Shown: positions 53,154 through 63,798, counted from the first letter of the whole stretch. The stretch is 63,800 nucleotides of DNA, filler included, from an uncultured Methanoregulaceae archaeon (GCA_964530035.1; 3 parts of 3 records of this genome joined end to end with filler, not necessarily neighbours in it), one strand, 5' to 3'. Made by a program: numbers and translations. Notes: generated from the letters alone by a model not told the origin.

Positions 53154-53312
53154 GGGGTCGTGGCCTAGTCCGGCATGGCGACGGGCTCCAGCGGTCTTTG
53201 CGTTCTCGTGCGATGATGAAAAACGGGTCTGCTGACATGATGATGATCCGTTGGAGCACTGATGCATATCGGAGAGACCCGTCGATCGTGAGTTCAAATC
53301 TCACCGACCCCA
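53154..53312 (+). tRNA. tRNA-Trp(CCA) with 85-nt intron (53192-53276)
   Basis: GGGGTCG/CGACCCC acceptor stem; ACGGG-CTCCAG...A-CCCGT anticodon arm; GTTCAAATC. Confidence 0.96.
53192..53276 (+). ncRNA. Intron-encoded box C/D guide RNA
   Basis: C box ATGATGA 53213-19, D' CTGA 53232-35, C' ~53237-46, D CTGA 53259-62; guides complementary to the host pre-tRNA. Confidence 0.92.
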
Positions 53313-53443
53313 CGTTTTTGAACGACATTGTGCACCGGATAGCGACAGTTCCTTTCCCATAATCCGTGCCTCCGGTCTGCCCGGTCATAACGATGCTTAT
53401 GTAACAGCAGTCCCATACCTGAAAGGGAACTACAGGGATTCTC

Positions 53444-54625
53444 ATGTACCTCATCGGCGAAGCACTCATGGGCGACGGCCCGGAACTCGCACATATCGAC
53501 CTTCTCATCGGCAACAAGGAAGGTCCGGTCGGAATGGCATTTGCAAACGCACTCACCCAGCTGTCGGCGGGCCATACGCCGCTCCTGGCGGTTGTCCGGC
53601 CGAACCTGCTTGCAAAGCCTGCAACGGCGGTCGTCCCGAAGGTGACCCTCAAGCAGACGGCACAGGTGAATGCCATGTTCGGTCCGGTCCAGGCGGCGGT
53701 CGCCAAGGCCGTCGCGGACTGTGTCGAGGAGGGTGTCTTCAAGGACACCGACATCGAGGAGCTCGTTGTCGTTGCAAGCGCCTACCTCCACCCGGACGCA
53801 AAGGACTACAACCGGATCTACCGGTACAACTACGGGGCCACGAAGCTGGCCATCAACAGGGCGTTTGAAAAGTTCCCTGACAGGAAGACCCTCCTCCACG
53901 AAAAGGACCGGGCTGCGCACGCCGTCATGGGCTTCAAGGTCCAGAGGCTCTTCGACCCGCCCTACCTCCAGGTCGCCCTCGACCTCGTCGATATGAAGAG
54001 AGTGGCCGCTGTCCTTAAGGAACTCCCCGACAACGACCACCTGATCATCGAGGCAGGCACGCCGCTGATCAAGCGCTTCGGCCTTTCGGTCCTCTCCGAG
54101 ATCAGGAACCTCAGGAAAAACGCGTTCATCATCGCCGACCTTAAGATCCTGGACACCGGGAACCTCGAGGCCAGGATGGCCGCCGACGCTTCGGCCGATG
54201 CCGTCGTGATCTCGGGCCTCGCTCCCGTCGCGACCATGGAAAAGGCCATCGCCGAGGCACGCAAAACAGGCATCTACTCCGTCATCGACATGCTCAACGT
54301 GAAGGACCCGGTCGCCCTCGTGAAAAGCCTCTCGGTCAAGCCTGATATCGTCGAGCTCCACCGGGCGATCGACACGGACGACACCGAGCATGCCTGGGGC
54401 AACATCAAGGCCATGAAGAAAGCGGCTGGCGGAAAACTCCTCGTTGCAACCGCTGGTGGCATCAAGGTCAATGTGGTGGGGGACGCAGTGGCCTCCGGGG
54501 CGGACATCCTCGTCGTCGGAAGGGCGATCACGGCAAGCAAGGACATCAGGCACGCAGCTGAGGAGTTCCTCACAGCCCTCAATCGGGAGGAGATTGACCA
54601 GTTCAGGGTGATGACTGATTTTTAA
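53444..54625 (+). CDS. fae-hps: Bifunctional formaldehyde-activating enzyme / hexulose-6-phosphate synthase
   Basis: AHIDLLIG...GPVQ.AV Fae domain; LQVALD, EAGTPLIK, ADLK.LD, LHRAID. Confidence 0.95.
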   Translation: MYLIGEALMGDGPELAHIDLLIGNKEGPVGMAFANALTQLSAGHTPLLAVVRPNLLAKPATAVVPKVTLKQTAQVNAMFGPVQAAVAKAVADCVEEGVFKDTDIEELVVVASAYLHPDAKDYNRIYRYNYGATKLAINRAFEKFPDRKTLLHEKDRAAHAVMGFKVQRLFDPPYLQVALDLVDMKRVAAVLKELPDNDHLIIEAGTPLIKRFGLSVLSEIRNLRKNAFIIADLKILDTGNLEARMAADASADAVVISGLAPVATMEKAIAEARKTGIYSVIDMLNVKDPVALVKSLSVKPDIVELHRAIDTDDTEHAWGNIKAMKKAAGGKLLVATAGGIKVNVVGDAVASGADILVVGRAITASKDIRHAAEEFLTALNREEIDQFRVMTDF

Positions 54626-54671
54626 TATAACATCACGTATATTTTTATTTCAATAAAAATAATAATATAAT

Positions 54672-55241
54672 TTAATTATTTACTTTATTATACTTGTTTA
54701 GTTCATTCTCATACTCATTTTTAAGGCCAAAATATCGAAATTCATCAATTCTACCCATTTTAAATTCATCATTTAATGTTCTTAAGGATTGAGTAACCTC
54801 TTCAATTTTTTTGAATTTTACTATACGTTCGTCGATAATCCCTTTAACTAAAATCGGATCCCGAACTCCTCGGAACAAGCTTATACCGGTGTGAATACCT
54901 GGTGATGAAATAAGAACATCACCATAATTTAAAATTCTTCCAAAGAACCCTTGTCTAATAGAGATATTCGTAACCCATTCCATTTTAATATCGTTTGCGA
55001 CACGGGAAATCAATCCATATTTAAAGTATATTCTTTTATTCGAAATGAAATACTCCGAAGTCGTCACGTTAATGAGAACAATAATAACGAGAATAACTGA
55101 AAGAAATATACCGATAAGCGTAAAAACAAAGATTAATGCCAATAAGAGCAATGGCCAGTTCGCAATCCAGCTCATTCTATCAAACCAGATTGGGACTTCT
55201 CCTTCAGTGAGAGAGACACTCTCAGGAATTCCAATTGACAT
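54672..55241 (-). CDS. bPH_2-domain membrane protein in an AT-rich islet
   Basis: Two TM segments, then Y.ISNKR....GL...I.I.QG..GRILNYGD. Confidence 0.8.
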   Translation of the reverse strand: MSIGIPESVSLTEGEVPIWFDRMSWIANWPLLLLALIFVFTLIGIFLSVILVIIVLINVTTSEYFISNKRIYFKYGLISRVANDIKMEWVTNISIRQGFFGRILNYGDVLISSPGIHTGISLFRGVRDPILVKGIIDERIVKFKKIEEVTQSLRTLNDEFKMGRIDEFRYFGLKNEYENELNKYNKVNN

Positions 55242-55472
55242 ACATTTAACATAATAGTATAAATCATAAAATTTTTCTGATTTATAGTGAAAATTTAGTG
55301 ATTATGTAATATAAAAAATGAAAAAATAATGAAAAATGTTGTATTATTTTACAAATCTCAACTTTATGACCGATTTTTAACGTTATACCATTAAAAATCC
55401 CTTTTTAAGAATTATTTAAAAAAATTCAATAAAATAGTTTGACTTGATACCATCACCGCGCTCTATACGGGA

Positions 55473-55871
55473 TCAGAGTATCCTCTTCCCTGCATCAGCC
55501 CCGGGCTTGATGGAATAGACCTCAGTAACCTTCATGATAATTGCAGACTTCGGGGTCAGGTTGGGCCTGACCTCCTTCATCCATGCCACGTCCTGAACAA
55601 AGACCTCGTCATCCGTATGAATGGTAACCGAACCCTTGATCTGGAATCCCCCTTTTTCTCCCCAGTATGAGATGGACACCTTCGGGTTTTCCTTCATATT
55701 CCGGAGGGTCTTGTTGAAAAACTGGTCTGAAATGAGGAGCGTTTCGTCGTCCAGGATCTTAAATGCCCCAATCGGCACAACGTTCGGCGTACTGTCCTTT
55801 GATGATGTCGCGAGGAATACCGTTTTTGTCCCTGAAAGCGATTCCTTGATCTCCTCTGTCAGTTTCACCAT
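55473..55871 (-). CDS. Pyridoxamine 5'-phosphate oxidase-like flavin-binding protein
   Basis: LATSS...PNVVP, KT..N..ENP, FQIKG. Confidence 0.88.
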   Translation of the reverse strand: MVKLTEEIKESLSGTKTVFLATSSKDSTPNVVPIGAFKILDDETLLISDQFFNKTLRNMKENPKVSISYWGEKGGFQIKGSVTIHTDDEVFVQDVAWMKEVRPNLTPKSAIIMKVTEVYSIKPGADAGKRIL

Positions 55872-56138
55872 GGTAACACACTCCCGGTGACAATACTGCA
55901 TCAGCACTGACCATAAAAATACCTCAATGATAACCAGTGCATGCGTCCAGGGAACTATGCAGATGCCACCGGCCCTGATACACCTTTTCAGGGTTCGGAG
56001 GAGTTTTCGCCAGTCACGGGTTCATCGCTTCTCCAGGGATATTAAGGTGCAATCCACCGGTATGAAGTGGGACTATCCCGATTTTACAGGATATGCATAC
56101 TCATCAGTAAAAAAGGAGGGTATTTCGCGGTACCTTTT

Positions 56139-56624
56139 TCAGACCGCGTTCGGGAGCTTGATAGAACCCGGGTCCCTGCGGACGAGATGGATCTTCTTTT
56201 CGTCCGGCGTGGTGGTGTTCGTAAGTTCAGTACCGTTCACGCCGGTTAACCGCTCGACGACCCCCCTGCCGTCGGCGAACCTGACCTCCATCGAACGTGG
56301 TTCACCTGACACAGGGGCATCATAGGTCACGGTGATGACCCCTGGAGCTGTCTCACTCCATGCCCCCTTTACGACGTGGTTTGTTACCGTCCCTTTCGTA
56401 TCTTCAGCCCGGTTGACGAGCTCGACGGTCGCCGCTCCTCCGTCTGACAGAGTCAGGAGAAAGGCAGGTTCGGGGTTGTCCTGGACCCATGACCCGCCGT
56501 ACCCGCCTGACCCGCGGGGAGGGGTGTTGTTGGCTACAGGTCCCGTCGTGCAAGCAGATATGAAAACACATGACGATACGAGGATGACCACGAGGAGGGA
56601 GAGAAGAATACCGTGCTGTTTCAT
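56139..56624 (-). CDS. Hypothetical lipoprotein
   Basis: Hydrophobic leader ending ISAC. Confidence 0.65.
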   Translation of the reverse strand: MKQHGILLSLLVVILVSSCVFISACTTGPVANNTPPRGSGGYGGSWVQDNPEPAFLLTLSDGGAATVELVNRAEDTKGTVTNHVVKGAWSETAPGVITVTYDAPVSGEPRSMEVRFADGRGVVERLTGVNGTELTNTTTPDEKKIHLVRRDPGSIKLPNAV

Positions 56625-56628
56625 CTGG

Positions 56629-57321
56629 TTACTCCGTTTCAACATTCATCGCACCGTTTTCACCCGGGAAGACCCGCACCGACCCTCCCGGCTCGAGGGC
56701 AAGCACCTTCATCCTGGTCGTTCGTTCGACCGCTGCCTTGAACATGGCCGCGTCCTGCCTGATCGGGTCCCAGGTGTTGTAGTGGATGGGAATCACCCAG
56801 GGAGCGCCGATAAACTGGGCTGCGATCATTGCCTCCTCTGGCCCCATCGTGAACTTCCCGCCGATCGGGAGGAGGGCAATATGAGGGTGGTAGATCTGGT
56901 TCACCAGTTTCATATCTGAGAAAAGGGCGGTATCCCCCGCATGGTATATCCGGACACCGTCCATTCCTATGACAAACCCTGCCGCTCCACCGCCGGCAAA
57001 GCCGCACCCGGCCTCCTCGAGCCATGCACTGTGGACCGCCTGGGTCATCGTGAACGAAACCCCCATCTCGGTGACGGTCCCGCCGATATTCATGCCAACC
57101 GCCCGGACACCCCTGGTGGCAAGGTACTTGGCGACCTCGTTGATCGCGATGACCGGGATGCCAAGACTGGCAGCCTCACCCATGTGGTCCGCATGGCCAT
57201 GGGTGACGGCGACGATGTCCGCGTCCCGGGGAAGGGGCAGTCCTCCGGTGAACGGGTCCACGAGGACCTTTCTTGATCCTTGGAGGTAGGTGCAGGAATG
57301 GCCGAGCCAGGTGATCTTCAT
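56629..57321 (-). CDS. Metallo-beta-lactamase-fold hydrolase (UPF0173)
   Basis: WLGHS, THGHADH, HAGDT, PIHY. Confidence 0.92.
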   Translation of the reverse strand: MKITWLGHSCTYLQGSRKVLVDPFTGGLPLPRDADIVAVTHGHADHMGEAASLGIPVIAINEVAKYLATRGVRAVGMNIGGTVTEMGVSFTMTQAVHSAWLEEAGCGFAGGGAAGFVIGMDGVRIYHAGDTALFSDMKLVNQIYHPHIALLPIGGKFTMGPEEAMIAAQFIGAPWVIPIHYNTWDPIRQDAAMFKAAVERTTRMKVLALEPGGSVRVFPGENGAMNVETE

Positions 57322-57384
57322 GCCGGTTCAGGGTTCATCGGGTCTTCTCCTGGTGTTCTCAACATGCCGGTCCCGAAAAAGAAA

Positions 57385-57993
57385 TCAGGTGACGTCTATG
57401 AGCTCGGCCTCGGTTATGTCTATCGAGTCTCCAAGACCATCCCGCGTGGCACTCCGGGTCATCTGCTCCGTGAGGTCCCGGTCCTCCATGACGTCACGGA
57501 TCCTCTCGATGTAGTGGTCGATGACCGGGTCGTCCTGGGCTTCAATGACATGCCGGTACTCGCGGAGGGTTGAAGGGCTCACACCCAGCTCCTCGCTGAC
57601 CTCCTTCATCGTCTTGCCGGAGGTGACGAGCTCCTCCATCTTCTCACGGTCGAACGGCATCTTGAAGTCAAGCTCACGGAAAAGTTTCAGCCTGACACGG
57701 GCACGCGCCACCGTCTTTGACAGTTTCTCATCACCAAGTTCGCGGGCTATCTCGGTATCGTTCTTGCCTCCATAATACATCGAAACGAGCTTGGCCAGCT
57801 GGATTGGCCGGAGCTTGGTCTTGAAATAGCCCTGATCGATGATTTCCCTCATTATCAGGGATATTTCCCGTTCGACCGCATCACGGTCGCGTAGGGATCC
57901 ATGGATCTTTTTCATCGGCTCCACGATCTTCGTTTTGCTGGTAATGTTGGTGAAAAGTTGAAATAACTGCTTTTTGCGATTATCGTCTGCCAT
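57385..57993 (-). CDS. Double-HTH protein resembling haloarchaeal Cmi4
   Basis: DTEIARELG...TVARAR and MKEVSEELGVSPSTLREY. Confidence 0.7.
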   Translation of the reverse strand: MADDNRKKQLFQLFTNITSKTKIVEPMKKIHGSLRDRDAVEREISLIMREIIDQGYFKTKLRPIQLAKLVSMYYGGKNDTEIARELGDEKLSKTVARARVRLKLFRELDFKMPFDREKMEELVTSGKTMKEVSEELGVSPSTLREYRHVIEAQDDPVIDHYIERIRDVMEDRDLTEQMTRSATRDGLGDSIDITEAELIDVT

Positions 57994-58263
57994 GGAGTTC
58001 CTCAACGATACGGATACCGATATACATACCCGCGGATTTATTTAATGATATTGTTCCTGTCCGTTCTTCGTGCGGTGAACAGACCCTGATTCGGGATATT
58101 CTTGACAGTATTACATTTAGGCAGGTGCACGGTGGAGATCCGTACTGCACCAGGCGGCAGGATTATGCTCAGCTCATATGGTGATCAGAATTTCCGGACA
58201 CCACCAGTGAATGAAAGACCTTTGAGCTCTGCCGCCGATATCATAGGAACCGCGTGAGAATTC

Positions 58264-59982
58264 ATGAGTGACGTTTACGAGAAGGTCATGGAGCTGGCGA
58301 AGCGGAGGGGCTATGTCTGGCCCACCTCGGAGATTTACGGTTCTGTCGCCGGCTTCATAGATTACGGCCCTCTTGGCTCGATGTTGAAACGCCGCATCGA
58401 GCAGATGTGGCGGCAGTTCTATGTCGTCATGGAGGGCTGCTACGAAATCGAGTGCCCGACCATCGGCCAGGAAGCAATCTTTATCGCGTCCGGGCATGTC
58501 AAGGGCTTTTCTGACAAGATGTGCCAGTGCCCGCACTGCAGCGAGTACCTCAGGGCCGACCACGTCGCCGAGGGAGGTGGGGTGAACGGGGCCTCCACCA
58601 TGAAAGAGGACGCACTGGCATCAGCCATCAGCGGGTTGCCGTGCCCTGCCTGTAGCAAGGTCCTCGGTGAGGTCAGCGTCTTCCAGTTCAACCTGATGTT
58701 CAGGACCATGATAGGCCCGGGCTCACAGAGGACCGGGTACCTCCGCCCGGAAACGGCCCAGGGGATGTTCACTGACTTCCCACGCCTCCTGCGTTTCTAC
58801 CGGGATACGCTTCCCTTCGGAGCCGTCCAGATCGGGAAGTCATACCGGAACGAGATATCCCCAAGGCAGGGCATGATCCGCCTCCGTGAGTTCACCCAGG
58901 CTGAGGCTGAGATATTTGTACACCCTGAACAGAAACAGCACCCCAACTTCGCCCGGTACCGTGACTACTCCTTCCCCCTCCTGTCGTCCGTCCAGCAGCA
59001 GAAGGGTGAGCCCCCCCTCATGATGACCATGGGCGAGGCGGTCAGGGACGGTATCGTCGCCAATGAATACGTTGCCTATTATCTCGCCCTCACCCATGAG
59101 CTCCTGGTGAAGATCGGTGTCATGCCTGACCGGCTCAGGTTCAGGCAGCACCTCCCCGACGAGCTTGCCCACTATGCCGCCGACTGCTGGGACGCGGAAT
59201 GCTTCTCGGACAGGTTCGGCTGGGTTGAGACCGTGGGGATTGCAGACAGGACCGATTACGATCTCAAGGCCCATTCAAGTGAAAGCGGCCAGCCACTGAC
59301 CGTTTTCATCCAGTACCCCGAGCCCCGCAGGGAGGAGCGCCGCAGGGTCGTCGCGAAGATGGGGCTCCTGGGCCCGCGTTTCAGGGGAAAGGCCAAGGCA
59401 GTCGCGGATGCTCTTGAAAATGCCAGGTTCAGCCAGGAAGGTGCAATAATCCAGCTCGAAGGACATGAGGTCGTCATCCCGCAGGACTGCTACGAAGTGC
59501 GGGATGAAGTGATCGAGGTACAGGGGGTCGAGGTCATCCCCCATGTCATCGAGCCGAGCTACGGGATCGACCGCATGATATACGCCGTCCTTGAACAGCG
59601 GTACGACGAGGACGAGGCCGACGGCGAGGTAAGAAAAGTCATGAGGCTGCCGGCCGCGGTCGCTCCGATCCAGGTCGCGGTCCTGCCCCTCATGACACGG
59701 GACGGCCTTGATACGACTGCCCTCGATATCACGAGAAAACTCCAGGAAAAGGGAATTATGGCAGAATATGACGATTCTGGTGCAATAGGGAGGAGATACC
59801 GGAGACAGGACGAAGTAGGGACACCGTTTGCCGTCACCATAGATTACGATACGAAGGATACCGGGACCGTCACGCTGAGAGACCGTGATTCAATGAAACA
59901 GGTACGGGTGGCGGTTTCCGACCTGAACAGCACCATCAACGACCTCATCTCAGGTATACGGACGTTTTCGTCCATGGTATGA
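58264..59982 (+). CDS. glyS: Glycine--tRNA ligase
   Basis: YLRPETAQG, RNEISPR, VIEPSYGIDR. Confidence 0.97.
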   Translation: MSDVYEKVMELAKRRGYVWPTSEIYGSVAGFIDYGPLGSMLKRRIEQMWRQFYVVMEGCYEIECPTIGQEAIFIASGHVKGFSDKMCQCPHCSEYLRADHVAEGGGVNGASTMKEDALASAISGLPCPACSKVLGEVSVFQFNLMFRTMIGPGSQRTGYLRPETAQGMFTDFPRLLRFYRDTLPFGAVQIGKSYRNEISPRQGMIRLREFTQAEAEIFVHPEQKQHPNFARYRDYSFPLLSSVQQQKGEPPLMMTMGEAVRDGIVANEYVAYYLALTHELLVKIGVMPDRLRFRQHLPDELAHYAADCWDAECFSDRFGWVETVGIADRTDYDLKAHSSESGQPLTVFIQYPEPRREERRRVVAKMGLLGPRFRGKAKAVADALENARFSQEGAIIQLEGHEVVIPQDCYEVRDEVIEVQGVEVIPHVIEPSYGIDRMIYAVLEQRYDEDEADGEVRKVMRLPAAVAPIQVAVLPLMTRDGLDTTALDITRKLQEKGIMAEYDDSGAIGRRYRRQDEVGTPFAVTIDYDTKDTGTVTLRDRDSMKQVRVAVSDLNSTINDLISGIRTFSSMV

Positions 59983-62192
59983 CCTTCATCACCCATCCAT
60001 ACATCAGGAGGGACGCGGTTGAGTCGCGCCAGTACCAGCTCGCCATCGCGATGCACGCCCTTGAGGGCCACACCCTGGTGGTTATCCCGACGGGGCTCGG
60101 AAAGACCGCTATCGCCCTTATCGTTGCCGCTTCACGCCTCCTCAACACTGGGGGAAAGGTCCTTGTCCTGGCCCCGACTAAACCTCTCGTCGAGCAACAC
60201 CTCAGGTACTTTGAACGTCTGCTGGTCTTTCCCGGGAGCGAGCAGGAAAACGGGTTGTTTGCCTTTTTTACGGGGGATAACAACAGGAAGGAACGTGCAG
60301 GACTCTGGAAGACAGCACGGGTCATCTGTGCGACCCCACAGGTCATCAAGAACGACCTTATCTCGGGTGAATACTCACTTGAGGACGTATCCCTCCTCGT
60401 TGTGGACGAGTGCCACCGGGCGGTCGGCAATTATGCATATACCTTTATCGCCGGCCGTTACCGGGACACCGCAAAGAACCCGCTTATCCTGGGGATGACC
60501 GCCTCTCCAGGCGGGACGAGCGAAAAGATTGGTGAGATCTGTGCCACGCTCGGCGTTGGGATCGTGGAGACAAGGACTGAGCACGACCCCGATGTCACCC
60601 CTTACATCCACGAGCGGGACCTCGAGGTCATTTCGCTGCAGCTCCCCCCTGAACTCCAGCGAGCGGTGGCTTCCTTATCAGACCTTCTCGATTCCCGGAT
60701 AGACGGGCTCAAGCGGCTTGGCTTCGAGGTCCCACCCCGCCAGACCCTCTCCATGAAGGCCCTCTCAGGGTTGAATGAACAGGTCCAGGAACGCATACGG
60801 TCACGGGACCCGAACGGTTACACCGGTGCGAGTATCTACGCCGAGATCATGAAGCTCAAGCACGCGGTAAGCCTGGCCGAGTCTCAGGGGACAGGCGTCC
60901 TGTCATTGTACCTGGCCCGTCTCGAAACCGAAGCTGCCTCAGGCACAGGCTCAAAAGCCAGCCAGAGGCTCGCCCGGGACCCCGGCTTCATATCACTCCT
61001 TGCCCTCTCGAGGACATGGGATCAGGAACTCCATCCCAAGTATGCTGTCCTGCCGGAGATCATTGGCGGCCAGCTTGAAACCCAGCCGGAAAGCCGTATC
61101 ATTATCTTTGCCACCTACCGCGNNNNNNNNNNACGGTTCGTCGGGCAGGCCACCCGTGATGCAGACAAGGGCCTTTCGCAGAAGAAACAGATAGCGACGC
61201 TCACACGGTTTCGGGAGGGGGAGTTCAGGGTCCTTGTCGCAACGTCCGTCGGGGAGGAGGGACTAGATGTCCCGTCAACAGACCTTGTCGTTTTTTTCGA
61301 GCCGGTCCCATCGGAGATACGGAGTATCCAGCGCAAGGGAAGGACAGGCCGGAGTGGAGCAGGCAGGATCATCGTCCTGAGCACCAGGGGGACGAGCGAC
61401 GAGGCGTTCAGGTTCGTGAGTAACGCCAGGGAGCGGTCCATGCACTCCGGGATAGCCGGCATAAGCCGGAGGATATCGACTGATCCGGCTTTGGAAGAAC
61501 AGAATGCCATTCTCCAGACCCGGCAGGCACGCATTGATGCCTTTGACGGGGTCACCGTCGTGGTCGATGACCGTGAACTTGCATCGGGAGTCCCGGAAGC
61601 GCTTTCTGATCTTGGGGTCAGGGTGACGGTTCAGAGGCTTGAATCAGGGGATTACGCAATAGGTGACCGCATCCTTGTGGAACGGAAGACAAGCAGGGAC
61701 TTCGTGGCAAGCCTTGTCGAGAGGGACCTCATCGGGCAGCTCCGCGAGGTCTCCCGGTCGGCACCGCGACCGGTCCTCATCATCGAGGGTGGACCGCTCT
61801 TTGACGAGAGGAATATCCACCCGAATGCAATCCGTGGTGCGCTCGTTTCAGCAGCCGTCGACCTCGGAATGGGTATCCTCTTCAGTACGAACGCGAGGGA
61901 AACGGCAGAGTTCCTCATGGTCATCGCACGGAGAGAGGAATCCGGGCACTCCGAACGGTCACACCACGTACACAAGGGCCACCGGAACCATTCGGAACAG
62001 CAGGAGTATATCATCAGTTCCCTGCCGGATATCGGATTAAAACAGGCCCGGGAACTTCTTGGCCATTTCGGCACGGTCCGGGGGGTCATCGACGCCGACG
62101 AGGAATCACTTCGGGAAGTTCCTGGAATAGGGGATAAGAAGGCAAAAAATCTTGTCGAACTTACCAGGAAACCCTACTCGCGGAGCACATGA
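59979..62192 (+). CDS. hef: Hef helicase / ERCC4 nuclease (N gap 61123-61132)
   Basis: PTGLGKT, DECH, QRKGRTGR, GDY...ERKT..D, HhH tail. Confidence 0.95.
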   Translation: MTFITHPYIRRDAVESRQYQLAIAMHALEGHTLVVIPTGLGKTAIALIVAASRLLNTGGKVLVLAPTKPLVEQHLRYFERLLVFPGSEQENGLFAFFTGDNNRKERAGLWKTARVICATPQVIKNDLISGEYSLEDVSLLVVDECHRAVGNYAYTFIAGRYRDTAKNPLILGMTASPGGTSEKIGEICATLGVGIVETRTEHDPDVTPYIHERDLEVISLQLPPELQRAVASLSDLLDSRIDGLKRLGFEVPPRQTLSMKALSGLNEQVQERIRSRDPNGYTGASIYAEIMKLKHAVSLAESQGTGVLSLYLARLETEAASGTGSKASQRLARDPGFISLLALSRTWDQELHPKYAVLPEIIGGQLETQPESRIIIFATYRXXXXRFVGQATRDADKGLSQKKQIATLTRFREGEFRVLVATSVGEEGLDVPSTDLVVFFEPVPSEIRSIQRKGRTGRSGAGRIIVLSTRGTSDEAFRFVSNARERSMHSGIAGISRRISTDPALEEQNAILQTRQARIDAFDGVTVVVDDRELASGVPEALSDLGVRVTVQRLESGDYAIGDRILVERKTSRDFVASLVERDLIGQLREVSRSAPRPVLIIEGGPLFDERNIHPNAIRGALVSAAVDLGMGILFSTNARETAEFLMVIARREESGHSERSHHVHKGHRNHSEQQEYIISSLPDIGLKQARELLGHFGTVRGVIDADEESLREVPGIGDKKAKNLVELTRKPYSRST

Positions 62193-62527
62193 AGGGCACG
62201 GACCCCGCACTCGACCGCCTGCATGAGCAGAAGACTGTTTGCAGGGTTGGTGTCACGTGCGGCCCGTTCGCACAGCACGGTGACTGCACCCCCGATTGCC
62301 TGGGCCAGGGTACCGGATGCCGCGGCCGGTATTCCCTGAGGCGGAGAGGGACCGGGTACGACAGTCTCCGGGGGTGCCATCTCAGGCACAGGTCCGCTTG
62401 CGCAGACCACGCAGGTGGTCTCTCCCTTGACCTCAAAAAGAGGGTTTCCACAATTTTTACATGATTTTGCAAGCATTTTCCCACCTTTCAGGAGCTGCTC
62501 AGCCATTATCTCGTCGGGTTTCGCCAT
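62174..62527 (-). CDS. UPF0148 / SSSCA1-like zinc-ribbon protein
   Basis: LLKGGKML..SC..CG.PLF...C..C. Confidence 0.85.
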   Translation of the reverse strand: MAKPDEIMAEQLLKGGKMLAKSCKNCGNPLFEVKGETTCVVCASGPVPEMAPPETVVPGPSPPQGIPAAASGTLAQAIGGAVTVLCERAARDTNPANSLLLMQAVECGVRALHVLRE

Positions 62528-62605
62528 AGTGCCTGCGGGTATTTTTCTATAATTATTTAAATTCCCGGTATAAGTAATATAGAACAACCTCTTGACAGAG
62601 TTGAT

Positions 62606-62872
62606 ATGATGCCCGACCCCGAGAAAACGATCGAAAACTGCATCCTGATGCTCCAGCAAATCATGGATGACTCGACAATACCCAGAAATATCCGCCGTGT
62701 CGCCGATGAAACCCGCGCATTGCTTTTGAAAGACGGTAAACCGGTAGGTTTCAGAGCGGCAGAAGCAATATCAAAGATCGACGAGATCAGCAACGACCCC
62801 AACATGCCAATCCACGCCAGGACCAGGATCTGGGAACTCGTCTCACAACTTGAATCGGTTCCCCTCGACTGA
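62606..62872 (+). CDS. UPF0147 family protein
   Basis: [23 protein letters not shown]. Confidence 0.9.
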   Translation: MMPDPEKTIENCILMLQQIMDDSTIPRNIRRVADETRALLLKDGKPVGFRAAEAISKIDEISNDPNMPIHARTRIWELVSQLESVPLD

Positions 62873-62962
62873 TAAAGGATTTCCCTGTTTCTCACGACAG
62901 CATCATCCGGGGGGCACATGCCGGAAGTTTTGGCCTGATAACGGCCGCGACCCCGGATACCT

Positions 62963-63373
62963 CTACAGGATGCTGATTACCACGATGCGCTCCCGGGAAG
63001 ACCGCGTATCAAGCTCCAGGAGCACTATCTGCTGCCATGTCCCGGTCGCAAGATCGCCGTCGATGACAGGGACCGACAACGAGGGACCGATGATCGATGC
63101 CTTGACATGGGAGCGGCCGTTTCCATCCCCCCAACGGGAATCGTGCCGGTAAGGCTGGTCCGCCGGTGCCAGGGCGGCAAGCGCCCGCCTGAGGTCATCG
63201 AGAACGCCTGGCTCGTACTCGGTGGTCGTAACAGCGGCTGTCGACCCGGTTATGAAGATATGGGCGATTCCATGGGCATAACCGCTTTCATGAACCACCG
63301 ACCTCACGTCGGGTGTTATGTCTACAATGTCCCCCTCGCCTCTCGTGGTAATCCTGACGGTCTTCCGGAACAT
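62963..63373 (-). CDS. yjbQ: YjbQ family protein
   Basis: GSTAA...E.E, GNG.SH, GTWQQI...E.D. Confidence 0.9.
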   Translation of the reverse strand: MFRKTVRITTRGEGDIVDITPDVRSVVHESGYAHGIAHIFITGSTAAVTTTEYEPGVLDDLRRALAALAPADQPYRHDSRWGDGNGRSHVKASIIGPSLSVPVIDGDLATGTWQQIVLLELDTRSSRERIVVISIL

Positions 63374-63390
63374 GTTCCAACGCTACCGCA

Positions 63391-63798
63391 TTACGTGCGG
63401 TTCTGGAGAATCAGAGACCGCACCAGTTCAACAAGGTCACGGATGTTGTAAGGCTTTGGCAGGATTGCAGAAAATCCAAACGCAGCATGGTCTGCCATGA
63501 TGGGGTCGTTCGAATAACCGCTTGAAGCTACCGCCACTATTTCGGGATCAAGCGCTTTGAGTTCCAGGATGGCCTCCTTTCCACCAATACCCCCAGGGAT
63601 GGTAAGGTCCATGACGACAACATCAAACCTCTTTCCGGACTCGAGGGCATGCTTGTATACTGAAACAGCCTCCTTCCCATCCCTGACCGTTGAAACGGCA
63701 AATCCTTTGCGTATGAGAAGTTTTTCCATTACGTCAAGGATCGGCTCCTCGTCATCCATGAGCAGGATACTGCCCGTTACCTGGTCTTCCTGAGACAT
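63391..63798 (-). CDS. Response regulator receiver protein (could extend past the window edge)
   Basis: MDDE, MDLTIPGG, SSGY, KP. Confidence 0.9.
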   Translation of the reverse strand: MSQEDQVTGSILLMDDEEPILDVMEKLLIRKGFAVSTVRDGKEAVSVYKHALESGKRFDVVVMDLTIPGGIGGKEAILELKALDPEIVAVASSGYSNDPIMADHAAFGFSAILPKPYNIRDLVELVRSLILQNRT

